Below are positions 39,951-49,600 of a stretch of DNA of 64,000 bases, piece after piece. The stretch comes from Phycisphaeraceae bacterium (GTDB lineage: Bacteria > Planctomycetota > Phycisphaerae > Phycisphaerales > Zrk34): positions 29,747 to 93,746 of the forward strand of contig JBBDRF010000063.1 in NCBI GenBank assembly GCA_040905565.1, given 5' to 3'. The notes beneath the pieces are model-generated. The model was not told the DNA's origin. It did no database searches and was given only the letters and a program-made list of their open reading frames with translations. Position 1 is the stretch's first letter. The number at the start of each line of letters is the position of its first letter. The position numbers and the translations under genes were made by a program.

Positions 39951-40709
39951 TTAGTCGGCGTTCAACGGCTTGATGTGAATGTTGCGAAACTGCACCAGCG
40001 CTGCCGCCTGGCTGTAACTATCGTCTTCGGCGTTGTAGCTGCCGTGAAGCTGAAGCCCGATCGGCCCTGACTCCGCAACGCCCGGCAACTGTGCGTGGTT
40101 GAGCACGATCTTGCCGTTGAGGAGCACCGAGAGCCGGTCGCCGACCATCGTGATGATGAACGTGTTCCATTCGCCGATGCGATTGTCCGCGGGCGTGAGA
40201 GGTGTGACGCCCCGGCGGACTTCCTCGCTCATCGAGCCGTCGGTACGGTAGCCGTACACTTCGCCGGAGCCCACGGTCCAGTTCCAGATGTTCACCTGGG
40301 CCTTGGACTGGCCTCGCAGGTAGATACCCGAATCGCCGTTTTTGACCCGTCGAGTCATGGCATTGCCGTCGGAGTCGGTCTGCGTTGAGCCGTCGGGTGC
40401 GATCACCGGCCGGGTCTCCAGCGGCAGTTCGTTAACCTTTTCCGTGAAACGCCATTCGACGTGAAGCACAAAATCTTCATAGTGCTCCTGCGTCCACGCA
40501 TCGCCGCGCTCTGAGCCGCGGGCGGGGTCGACATCGATCACGCCGTCGACGATCGTCCACGGGCCGTCGTCGGGCACGCGCCAATTCGTGAAATCCTTGC
40601 CGTTGAACAGCGGCTTCCAACCCTCGGCTTCTTCGGCGTGCGCCCCGGCGGCGAAACCCAGCGAAATCATCAGGCCCAGCAGGGCAACCATCGGGCGAAT
40701 CGGCATCAT
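39951..40709 (-). CDS. DUF1080 (3-keto-disaccharide hydrolase-like) secreted protein
   Basis: Signal peptide; WKPLFNGKDFTNW; DSGIYLRG; GEWNTF; GPIGLQLHG; FRNIHIK. Confidence 0.88.
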   Translation of the reverse strand: MMPIRPMVALLGLMISLGFAAGAHAEEAEGWKPLFNGKDFTNWRVPDDGPWTIVDGVIDVDPARGSERGDAWTQEHYEDFVLHVEWRFTEKVNELPLETRPVIAPDGSTQTDSDGNAMTRRVKNGDSGIYLRGQSKAQVNIWNWTVGSGEVYGYRTDGSMSEEVRRGVTPLTPADNRIGEWNTFIITMVGDRLSVLLNGKIVLNHAQLPGVAESGPIGLQLHGSYNAEDDSYSQAAALVQFRNIHIKPLNAD

Positions 40710-40793
40710 CACGAGCTCCTCGAATGTGGCAGGATTATCCATCACAGTACCGGCCGGCAGCGACACCGACCTTGCCCCCCAAAGTATCTTCCA

Positions 40794-41096
40794 CTATGCG
40801 CCGCCACCGGAGCGACGCAACTGCTGCAGCATATCGTTAAGCATATTCTCTTTGAGCGCGGCGAAGTGCTCGTAGAGCTCCTGCTTCCGCTCATCCGGGG
40901 CATTCCAATGTTCGATCACCTCCGCCGCCACGCAGTTCGCCTTTGCGGTGATGGCCGCAAGGATCTCGATCATCGCACGCGTGTCCTCGCCGCCTTCGAA
41001 GGCCGGCGAACCCACCGCATCCACACCGACGGCTTCGGCGGCATGGTCAAAAACCGCCCGGACCGTCAAACTTACTTCGTCTTGTTCACTCATCAT
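40794..41096 (-). CDS. Hypothetical protein (100 aa)
   Basis: Acidic, helical-looking ORF filling the gap, co-oriented with DUF1080; TATAAT about 30 nt upstream. Confidence 0.55.
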   Translation of the reverse strand: MMSEQDEVSLTVRAVFDHAAEAVGVDAVGSPAFEGGEDTRAMIEILAAITAKANCVAAEVIEHWNAPDERKQELYEHFAALKENMLNDMLQQLRRSGGGA

Positions 41097-41354
41097 GCGT
41101 ATCCAGCGTTTTCAGGAATTGCGCCATTATAACGGCATCGACCCGAAGCGACAGGAGCTTGTCGCCTGCGAGCAACCTGCCGATGGACTTTTAGATACCG
41201 GACCAAACTAGTCTTGAATACCGCGGGGCGGCTGTTACACTGAGCGCGTATTAATGGTCGACGATCGAGCCGTTCTGGTCGTCGAGGGGGTATGAGATTT
41301 CTACGCCAGGGGGTTGGGCTCAACTCGGGCCCGGCGAGGCTGAGGAGGCGAACC

Positions 41355-41837
41355 TTGTCCAGTATGTTCAAGATTTTCGTGGGCAATATCAGTTTCGAGA
41401 CCACGGAAGAACAGTTAAGGCGGATCTTCGAACCGCACATCGAGATCGAAGATCTGGTCATCGCCCGCGAAGCCGATTCGGGCAAGAGCAAAGGCTACGG
41501 CTTCGTCATGACGCGCGACCCGATCCGGGGCCGCCGCGCCATCTTCCAGATCGGCAAGTTCTTCATCGACGGACGGCTCGCGTACATCAAAGAAGCGCGC
41601 AACAAGAAGAATCAGCCGGCCAAACGCCCAGCCCGGCGCGTGAGCCATCGGCCCAAGCCCTTCCGGGGCCGGCGCAGCGATGTCGGCAGCGCCGCACCGC
41701 GTCCGTCGAGCAACGGCAACGGCGCCGCCGGCAGCAACGGGGGAGGGCCCGGCGGCGTGAGCCGAGGCTACGTCGGCATGGAAGAAGATGCCCCCAGGCC
41801 CGTCACGCCTCCGCCCGGCAACGCCCGACGCGACTAA
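41355..41837 (+). CDS. RRM RNA-binding protein with basic/Gly-rich tail
   Basis: KIFVGNI (RNP2) and KGYGFV (RNP1); GAGGAGG SD before TTG 41355 (alternative ATG 41364). Confidence 0.88.
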   Translation: MSSMFKIFVGNISFETTEEQLRRIFEPHIEIEDLVIAREADSGKSKGYGFVMTRDPIRGRRAIFQIGKFFIDGRLAYIKEARNKKNQPAKRPARRVSHRPKPFRGRRSDVGSAAPRPSSNGNGAAGSNGGGPGGVSRGYVGMEEDAPRPVTPPPGNARRD

Positions 41838-41873
41838 GGCTCATCCACCACAAGACGCACCGCAGGGGAAAGC

Positions 41874-42257
41874 ATGTCGATCACCGAAGTGGAACTGGTT
41901 CGCGCTGCATGCTGCATCGCCGGCCTCGATCGTGACGTATCTGACGCCGAACGCCCCCTGCTCAAAAAACTCGCCAATGCCGCTGGTGTCGGAAAGGTGT
42001 CGCTCGAGGCGATGATCGAACGCGCCCGCACGGACCAGGACTTTTACCGCGAGCAGTTTGATATCCTCAAGCCCGAGCCCGACCGCGCCATCCGTTCCCT
42101 CGTGCAGGTGGCCATGGCCGACGGCGAAATCAGCCAGTCCGAACGCATCATTCTCCGCCATTTTGCTGAGCAACTCGGCGTCGATCAGGAGGCGTTTGAG
42201 CGATTGCTGAGCAAGGCTGAGCAGCATCTCGAAAACCGCCCGCCTGCCGCCGACTGA
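41874..42257 (+). CDS. TerB-like protein
   Basis: Two 'A..DG/R.VS..ER..L..LA..LGV' repeats. Confidence 0.75.
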   Translation: MSITEVELVRAACCIAGLDRDVSDAERPLLKKLANAAGVGKVSLEAMIERARTDQDFYREQFDILKPEPDRAIRSLVQVAMADGEISQSERIILRHFAEQLGVDQEAFERLLSKAEQHLENRPPAAD

Positions 42258-42313
42258 CGGCTGTCGCCGCCCACGTTCCGCGATTGCTCGAATCGGCGCG
42301 GCAATAATGGGGC

Positions 42314-42817
42314 ATGCCACTACCCCCCAATTCGAATCGGCTGGACGTCATCGATCATCTGATCGCCCGCTTCATGCGGCGGTGGGGGGTGGTCGCTCTC
42401 CGCTACAGCCTCGCGATCATCTTTATATGGTTCGGCATTCTCAAACCGCTCGGGCACTCGCCGGCCGAGCCGCTGGTGCTGGAGACGGTGGATTGGATGC
42501 CGCTACTTTCGCCCCAAAATTGGGTAGGCGTGATCGGATGGTGGGAGGTGCTCATCGGCGTCACGTTCCTCTTCCGCGCCACGATCCGTCTGGCGATCGC
42601 ACTGCTGGCGATGCAGATGGTCGGCACCTTTCTGCCCCTCGTCCTCCTGCCCGATTTGACCTTTCAGCCCGGCCGCATTCCCTACGCACTCACGATGGAA
42701 GGTCAGTACATCGTGAAGAATCTGCTCATCATCTCCGCCGCGCTGGTGGTCGGCGGCACCGTACGCGGGGGTGAACCCAGAGCCGACGCCACGCCCACAT
42801 CGCACCGGACGGTCTGA
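42314..42817 (+). CDS. DoxX-like membrane protein
   Basis: LRYSLAIIFIWFGILK; EVLIG; GQYIVKNL. Confidence 0.8.
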   Translation: MPLPPNSNRLDVIDHLIARFMRRWGVVALRYSLAIIFIWFGILKPLGHSPAEPLVLETVDWMPLLSPQNWVGVIGWWEVLIGVTFLFRATIRLAIALLAMQMVGTFLPLVLLPDLTFQPGRIPYALTMEGQYIVKNLLIISAALVVGGTVRGGEPRADATPTSHRTV

Positions 42818-42901
42818 ATACCTCCGGCGATTTCACCGCCCCAGCCCCGTAGAATCCCACAGTTGTTACGGGAGTGCACGGCTTTGGTCGGGCAGTGACT
42901 T

Positions 42902-45900
42902 ATGTTCTCCACTTCAGACACGAATCTTGAACAGCGCACTCAGCAGATCGGCCGCGACCTGCTCGATCGGGCACGCTCGGGCTTTTGGTGGGGGCGTAAA
43001 TCCACCTACGAAGAGTGGTTTCTTCAGCGGATGATGAGCAGCGACGACCTGCGCATCGCCGCACTGCGCTTCGTCGATGTGCTGCCCGCCCTCGATGACG
43101 ATCGCGACCTGGCCAAACACCTGCACGAATACTTCAAGGACATCACCATCCCGCTGCTGCCCGGCAAGCTGACGCGGTGGGGGCTGGATCGCGCGGGGCG
43201 AGGGCAGAACGCCGGGACGATCGCCCGCATCGTCCGAAGCCTCGCCAATCGCACCGCCACGCGGTTCATCGCCGGCAATAACATCGCCACCGCTCAGCAT
43301 GCACTGCATCGGCTCCACCGCCAGGGCATGGGCTTTACGCTCGACCTGCTCGGCGAAGCCGTCGTCAGCGAAACCGAAGCCCGCACATATCAGCAGCAAT
43401 ATCTCGATCTGCTCAAGGGCCTCGCGCCCGTCGTGCAGCAGTGGGGGGCGCAGCCGCAGCTCGATCAGCTCAGCGGCCGACCGGCCCCGCGGCTGAACCT
43501 GTCGGTGAAGATCTCCGCGCTGTACTCGCAGATGAAAGCCGTCGACCCCGATCATTCCGCGCAGCGGCTGAAGGAAGAGCTTCGCCCGATCCTCCGCGAA
43601 GGCCGTCGGCTAGGTGCGTTCATCACGCTGGACATGGAGAGCTACGACACGAAGGACATCACCCTCCGCGTCTTCCGTGAGATTCTCACCGAGCCCGAGT
43701 TCATCGATTGGCCCGACGTCGGCATCGCCATGCAGGCGTACCTGCGCGACACGGCCGGCGACATCGAGCGCGTCATTGCGTTCGCCCATCAGCGCGGCAC
43801 GCCGTTTCTGGTGCGGCTGGTGCGCGGGGCATACTGGGATTACGAATGCGTAATCGCCGCTCAGAACGGTTGGGCGAATCCGGTCTGGAGCCGCAAGCCC
43901 GACACTGACGCCTGCTACGAACACTGCCTCGGTCTGCTGATGCGGGCCTACCCGCATGTCGAAACCGCCGTCGCCACGCACAACGTCCGCAGCCTCGCCC
44001 GCGCTACCGCACTGGCTGAGCGCCTCAAGCTTCACCCGGACAATTACGAAGTGCAGATGCTCTACGGCATGGCCGACGTGCTCAAGCATCGCACCGTCGA
44101 AGCGGGCCAGCGGCTGCGTGTCTACGTGCCGTTCGGCGAGCTGATTCCAGGCATGGCGTACCTCGTCCGCCGACTGCTGGAAAACACCGGCAGCCAGTCG
44201 TTTCTCCGCATGGGCTTTGCCGAAGATCTGCCGACGCAACAACTGCTTGCCGCCCCGCAGCCGACGACTGATGTGGCCGCACCTCCCTCTGTGAAAGGAG
44301 CGACGACGGTGTTCTCTGCAAATCATGCAACGCCCGGCACGCATGCGGGCAAAGGTGGGGGGGGGCTGTCCTCCGAGACGTTCACCAACGAATCGCCGCG
44401 TCGCTTCACCGAAGCGGGCGAGCGCGACGCTTTCGCCGCTGCCCTCGACGATGTCCGGAGCCGGCTCGGCCTGCACCTGCCGCTGCAGATCGCCGGCGAG
44501 CCGGTGGAAGCCGCGGAGAAGCTGACTTCCATCAACCCCGCCGACCCGCAGCAGGTCGTAGGCACCACCGGGTCGGCCGGCGAGCGTGAGGCCGATGCCG
44601 CCGTGGCCGCAGCGAATCGTGCCTTCTCCGAGTGGTCAGCCACGCCGGCGCGCGAACGTGCGCGGCTGCTCTACCACCTGGCCGACCTGCTGCGGCAGCG
44701 CCGTGATGAGTTCGCAGCGTGGGAAGTCTTCGAAGCTGGCAAGCCGTGGAAGGAGGCCGACGGCGACGTCTGCGAAGCCATCGACTTCATCAACTACTAC
44801 GCCCGCCGGGCGGTGCAACTTGAGCAGCCGACCGAACTGCACGTGCCCGGTGAAACCAACGACTACATCTATGAGCCGCGCGGCCCCGGCGTCGCCATCG
44901 CACCCTGGAACTTTCCGCTCGCCATTCCCGTAGGTATGAGCATCGCGCCCGTCGCAGCGGGCAATACCGTCGTCCTTAAGCCCGCGCCGCAGGCGCCCAT
45001 CGTCACAGGCCTTTTCGCCCAGCTCGTCCGCGAAGCGGGCATCCCCGAAGGCGTCTACAACTTCCTGCCCGGCGGCGACGAAGCGGGCAAGGCCCTCGTC
45101 CGTCACAAGGATGTTCACTTCATCGCCTTCACCGGTTCCGAAGCAGCGGGCACGCAGATCAACCGCGTCGCTTCCGATGTTCCCGAAAACCAGAACCACC
45201 TCAAGCACGTGATCGCGGAGATGGGCGGCAAGAACGCGATCATCATCGATACCGACGCCGACCTTGATGACGCTGTGCTTGGCACCGCCTACTCCGCCTT
45301 CGGTTATGCCGGGCAAAAGTGCAGCGCCTGCTCACGGGTGATCGTGGTCGGCGATAACTATGAGCCGTTCCTCAAACGCCTCACGGAAGCGGCCGCCAGT
45401 TTGAAGGTCGGCCCCGCCGACGACCCCGGCACCATCGTCGGGCCTGTGATCGACGAAGATGGCTACAACCGCATCAACGCCACCATCGACGAAGCCGCCC
45501 GCCATCATCAACTCGCGCTGCGGGTGAAGACCGACCACCTGCCGACGGGCTACTTCATCGGCCCCACGATTTTTGCCGACGTCGACCCCGCCTCCACGCT
45601 CGCGCAGGATGAGATTTTCGGACCCGTGCTTGCGGTGATGAAAGCCGACTCGTTCGACCATGCTTTGCAGCTGGCCAACGGTACCCGCTTCGCCCTCACC
45701 GGCGGCGTCTACTCCCGCTCACCAGCCAACCTCGCCAAGGCCCGCCGTGCGTTCCGCGTGGGTAACCTCTACCTCAATCGCAAGATCACCGGGGCGATGG
45801 TGAATCGGCAGCCGTTCGCGGGGTTCAAGATGTCGGGGACCAATTCCAAGGCGGGCGGGCCGGACTATCTGCTGCACTTTCTCGAGCCTCGCACGATCAC

Positions 45901-45946
45901 GGAGAACACGATCCGCCGTGGCTTTTCGCCCGACATCATCCAGTGA
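42902..45946 (+). CDS. putA: Bifunctional proline dehydrogenase / P5C dehydrogenase
   Basis: PRODH motifs RLVRGAYWD, ATHN and YLVRRLLEN; ALDH motifs PWNFP, FTGS, EMGGKN, GQKCSA and EIFGP. Confidence 0.95.
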   Translation: MFSTSDTNLEQRTQQIGRDLLDRARSGFWWGRKSTYEEWFLQRMMSSDDLRIAALRFVDVLPALDDDRDLAKHLHEYFKDITIPLLPGKLTRWGLDRAGRGQNAGTIARIVRSLANRTATRFIAGNNIATAQHALHRLHRQGMGFTLDLLGEAVVSETEARTYQQQYLDLLKGLAPVVQQWGAQPQLDQLSGRPAPRLNLSVKISALYSQMKAVDPDHSAQRLKEELRPILREGRRLGAFITLDMESYDTKDITLRVFREILTEPEFIDWPDVGIAMQAYLRDTAGDIERVIAFAHQRGTPFLVRLVRGAYWDYECVIAAQNGWANPVWSRKPDTDACYEHCLGLLMRAYPHVETAVATHNVRSLARATALAERLKLHPDNYEVQMLYGMADVLKHRTVEAGQRLRVYVPFGELIPGMAYLVRRLLENTGSQSFLRMGFAEDLPTQQLLAAPQPTTDVAAPPSVKGATTVFSANHATPGTHAGKGGGGLSSETFTNESPRRFTEAGERDAFAAALDDVRSRLGLHLPLQIAGEPVEAAEKLTSINPADPQQVVGTTGSAGEREADAAVAAANRAFSEWSATPARERARLLYHLADLLRQRRDEFAAWEVFEAGKPWKEADGDVCEAIDFINYYARRAVQLEQPTELHVPGETNDYIYEPRGPGVAIAPWNFPLAIPVGMSIAPVAAGNTVVLKPAPQAPIVTGLFAQLVREAGIPEGVYNFLPGGDEAGKALVRHKDVHFIAFTGSEAAGTQINRVASDVPENQNHLKHVIAEMGGKNAIIIDTDADLDDAVLGTAYSAFGYAGQKCSACSRVIVVGDNYEPFLKRLTEAAASLKVGPADDPGTIVGPVIDEDGYNRINATIDEAARHHQLALRVKTDHLPTGYFIGPTIFADVDPASTLAQDEIFGPVLAVMKADSFDHALQLANGTRFALTGGVYSRSPANLAKARRAFRVGNLYLNRKITGAMVNRQPFAGFKMSGTNSKAGGPDYLLHFLEPRTITENTIRRGFSPDIIQ

Positions 45947-46009
45947 TTCCACCATGCGCAGGCTCACTCACGCCGCGCTAGGCTGTGATGTTTTCCGGAG
46001 GCCCACCCC

Positions 46010-46672
46010 ATGGACATCTCGCTGCGTAAGGCCAAACCGCTCTGCACCGCCACCGAATACGAACTCGTCGAGGAGAGCTTCCAGGGCGAGAACGAGCTCA
46101 AGCCCGCAGGCATCAGGCATCGCATCACGCGCGCCCGCAAGCTTCGCAACAAGTATCGCGATCTTGCAGAACGCCAGCGTCGTGAAGCCCGAGGCAAGCA
46201 GGAACCGCACGGCACACGCCCGTCGCAATCAAACGACCGCACCGTCCTCAAGCAGTTGCTGTTCGAACAGACCATGCAACGTTTCGAAGCGATGCTCAGC
46301 ACGATGGAACCCGTCGACACCGAAGAAGCTGGCGACACTGAGGATGATCGCGAACCGCCGACACGCTCCACAAGGCCCGCTGAAGAAGGTGGCCCCGTCG
46401 GTCATGCCCGTAAGCGCTCGCAGCAGATCGTCGGCGAGAAACGCGTGCATGCCGCTCAGGCCGGTCGAGGCGGCAAGCTCACCGATAATGCTGGTCAGAT
46501 TTCGCAGAACGACCCGATTGCTCCGCGTTCGCTCGGCCGGCGGACGGTTTCGTTCGTTTCGAAGTTGACGCGTAAACGCTCCCACTTTGCCGAGAGCGCC
46601 CGTCAGCACATCGTGGGCCACGTGGCGACGCTCACGCGGCAGAACCAGGCCCGCCGCGACGGGCGGAACTGA
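46010..46672 (+). CDS. Basic (Arg-rich) hypothetical protein
   Basis: GGAGG SD; 220-aa ORF; RARKLRNKYRDLAERQRRE segment. Confidence 0.7.
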   Translation: MDISLRKAKPLCTATEYELVEESFQGENELKPAGIRHRITRARKLRNKYRDLAERQRREARGKQEPHGTRPSQSNDRTVLKQLLFEQTMQRFEAMLSTMEPVDTEEAGDTEDDREPPTRSTRPAEEGGPVGHARKRSQQIVGEKRVHAAQAGRGGKLTDNAGQISQNDPIAPRSLGRRTVSFVSKLTRKRSHFAESARQHIVGHVATLTRQNQARRDGRN

Positions 46673-46676
46673 TCAT

Positions 46677-47393
46677 TCACGCAAGGCCGTCGCGTGCCGT
46701 CGTCATCCGCCGCCGAGTCAGCATCGCCAACCCGCCGATGCCCAGCACTGCCAGTGAGGCGGGCTCAGGGATCGCGACAGTCGTGGTCTCGTCTTCGGCT
46801 GCCACGGTGTACTCGATCGTGCCGTTCCACATGCGATGGCCGCTGATGGTGTTGCCGCCAAGCGGTGCGGCACCGCCGACGGTCGCGCCGTTATCAAGGC
46901 TTTTGCTGGCACCTGCAGCGATGGTGAGATGGTTGTCAGAGAAGCTGTCGCCTGCCTGGGCGCTGGAGGCAAGCATCTGCGTGCGCGGGGCGCCTCCGTG
47001 AATGTAGACGAGCAGCCCGACCGTCTCCCCAGCTGAAATCAGCAGCGTGTTGTCGACGTTGAATGACGTCGGGGTGTTCGGCGTCGGCGCCGATGTCAAC
47101 ATATCGCTGCCTAGCAGGGACCAGCCGTTGGCGTCGCTTTCATGGCCGACATAGCTGCCCGCACGGTACCAGACTTCAAGGTCACGATACCAGACGTTGT
47201 CTTCGAAGTTCCCTTCAAAGGCACCCGTCAGCGTCACGGCCGCACTGCCGTGGTTGGTGACATCGAACAGGTTTCCAGCCGAGCTCTGGCTACCGTCGAA
47301 CTCCGTCGTCAGCGTTACCGGTGCAGCGCTGACCAAGGAGGTCATCACGACCACGCAGGCGATGGCGACTAGCGATTGGGGCAGCAGTTTCAC
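46677..47393 (-). CDS. PEP-CTERM sorting-domain surface protein
   Basis: Signal peptide; C-terminal IPEPASLAVLGIGGLAMLTRRR. Confidence 0.9.
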   Translation of the reverse strand: MKLLPQSLVAIACVVVMTSLVSAAPVTLTTEFDGSQSSAGNLFDVTNHGSAAVTLTGAFEGNFEDNVWYRDLEVWYRAGSYVGHESDANGWSLLGSDMLTSAPTPNTPTSFNVDNTLLISAGETVGLLVYIHGGAPRTQMLASSAQAGDSFSDNHLTIAAGASKSLDNGATVGGAAPLGGNTISGHRMWNGTIEYTVAAEDETTTVAIPEPASLAVLGIGGLAMLTRRRMTTARDGLA

Positions 47394-47588
47394 AGGATCA
47401 TCCTTTTCTCGAAGAAGACGCGCCTTCGGGCGAAGGCTCGAAAAACGTACACCGCCGTTAGAGCACGGGCAAATAAATTATCTCTTCGCATGGCCTATAA
47501 CCTTCGCCGTTCCCGAAAGAACCGCTGCGTCGTCAGGTATCGGTACGTGACGGTTGCCCGACTGGCCGTCAGCGGGCATACTGTCAGG

Positions 47589-48260
47589 ATGATGCAATCA
47601 CGTCTGCTGATGTGGGGCCTGCTGCTGGCCATGGTGAGCGTGTCGCTGGGTTGCCAGACGACGCCAAGTTCCCCGTACGAGCAGTACCTCGCTGAGAAGG
47701 AACGCAACGACGCCGCCGTCGCGCAGATCCAGTCGCTCGGCGGCCGAATCCACCGCACCGACCCCGGCACCGCGGTTCTTATCGCCAATACCGATGAGCG
47801 CGAGACGGGCCAGGCGATCGAATTGCTCGACGACATCATGCTGCTGGACAGCCTTCGCCTTACCGAAGCTCAGCTCTCGCCCGGCAACCTGCGCCCGCTG
47901 GAGGGGCTGTACCTGCGGCACCTCACCGTCTCCCGCACCACACTCACCGAGCGCACCTTGCCTGCCCTGTTCAGCCTCACCGGCCTCCGCTCGGTGCACC
48001 TGATCGATACCAACGCCGGCGACGCAGCCATCGCTCACCTCGCCGACTTTGACGATCTGGAAACCCTCACCTTCGCCTATGAGCCGCTCACCGATGCCGG
48101 CGTCGCCGAACTGGCAATGTTCCCACGCCTGCGCACGCTGCGACTCGTCGAAACCGAGGTAAGCGAGGAAGCCCTGCGCGACTTGGTCGCCGTCAATACG
48201 CGCCTTGTCGTAGAACTCGGCGACGACCGCATCATCCGAGGCGTCGACGCCACCCGCTGA
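47589..48260 (+). CDS. Leucine-rich-repeat lipoprotein
   Basis: Lipobox SLGC; LxxLxL repeats (LRSVHL, LETLTF, LRTLRL); upstream TTGCCC-17-CATACT. Confidence 0.8.
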   Translation: MMQSRLLMWGLLLAMVSVSLGCQTTPSSPYEQYLAEKERNDAAVAQIQSLGGRIHRTDPGTAVLIANTDERETGQAIELLDDIMLLDSLRLTEAQLSPGNLRPLEGLYLRHLTVSRTTLTERTLPALFSLTGLRSVHLIDTNAGDAAIAHLADFDDLETLTFAYEPLTDAGVAELAMFPRLRTLRLVETEVSEEALRDLVAVNTRLVVELGDDRIIRGVDATR

Positions 48261-48367
48261 ACCTTTCCATCAGCATCAAGAAAAACATCAATGCATGAAA
48301 CCCGCCGTCCGCTGGTGCGTCTGTACCATTGCGACGTGTTGGCACCTCTTTGCTGGAGACGAACAAA

Positions 48368-49600
48368 ATGAAGACGCCGCGACGTAAGCTGTGGCTGTGG
48401 GCCTGTACCTGGGCCATCGCCTGGATCGGCTTGATTCAGCCGGGCATCACCGAAGCACGGGTACGTTTGATCACCATGCCGCCGCGCGAGCGGGTTGAAG
48501 TGCAGCTTGATCACGCCGATGCCACGCTGGTCGAGGAAGAACGCATCGTCCCCCTGACCGAAGGCGTGAATCAGATCGACTTCGTCTGGGCGGGCACCAA
48601 GATCGACCCCGGCACCATCGTCTTCCGCGTGCTCGGCTCAGCGGATGAGGACGTGGAGATGAACGTGAACGTTCTCTCGGTCAGCTATCCGCCCGGAGAG
48701 AACGCGCTCGTCTGGCACGTCAACTCCGACCAGGCCGGCTCCGCCGTCGTCCGCATCAGCTACCTCCTCGGCGGCCTCGATAAAAGCTTCAACTACCGGG
48801 CCGTGGCGGAGCAGGACGAAAGCACGCTCACGCTTTCTCAGTACGTCCGGGTTCGCAACCTCGCAGGCGAAGCGTTCGGCGATACCGATATCTACGTCGG
48901 CGTCGGCGATGTGCTCAACCGGCCCATCGGCACCCAGGAAACACGTGAGATGCTCGTCGAGCGCTACGAAGAAGTGCCCATCCAGAAAACCTTCACCGCC
49001 AACTTCGCGGAGTTCGGTTACATCGACGAACCGCAGCGCCAACTCCGCATCCCCATGCACTACGTGCTCACCAACGATGCCGACAACAACCTCGGCCGCT
49101 CGCCCCTGCCCTACGGCAAGGCACGCATCTTCCAGAAAGACGGCGGCGGCTCCACGGCCTTCCTCGGCGAAGATTGGGGCCAGTTCACCCCCGTCGACGA
49201 CGAAATGAAGCTCTACCTCGGCGTCGCACGCGATGTCGTCGTCCGCCGGCGCATCCTCAGCCGTGAAACCGATCGCGTGGCTGGCAACCTCGCCCACTAC
49301 GACGTGGTCGTGCAGTACGAAATCGAGAACTTCCGCGATCAGCCCACGCAACTGAACGTCATCGAACAGATCAACCACGTTCGCAACGAAGCGAACATCC
49401 CCAGCAACTGGGCCCCCGAATGGGTCGTCGGTCAGCAGACCACCTTCGCCAATAATCCCGACGAAGATCTCACCAACCACGAAGAAGTCGGCTTCGTCGT
49501 CGATCTGCCGCCACGCGAAGGCGACGAAGCGGAAACGATCACCCACACGCTGCATCTGCAATACCGCAACGAACGCTTCACCCAGGGAGGGCTGCGATGA
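48368..49600 (+). CDS. Secreted DUF4139-like protein A
   Basis: Signal peptide; LVEEER...GVNQIDF...IDPGTI; ISYLLGGL; NLGRSPLPYGKARIF. Confidence 0.7.
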   Translation: MKTPRRKLWLWACTWAIAWIGLIQPGITEARVRLITMPPRERVEVQLDHADATLVEEERIVPLTEGVNQIDFVWAGTKIDPGTIVFRVLGSADEDVEMNVNVLSVSYPPGENALVWHVNSDQAGSAVVRISYLLGGLDKSFNYRAVAEQDESTLTLSQYVRVRNLAGEAFGDTDIYVGVGDVLNRPIGTQETREMLVERYEEVPIQKTFTANFAEFGYIDEPQRQLRIPMHYVLTNDADNNLGRSPLPYGKARIFQKDGGGSTAFLGEDWGQFTPVDDEMKLYLGVARDVVVRRRILSRETDRVAGNLAHYDVVVQYEIENFRDQPTQLNVIEQINHVRNEANIPSNWAPEWVVGQQTTFANNPDEDLTNHEEVGFVVDLPPREGDEAETITHTLHLQYRNERFTQGGLR

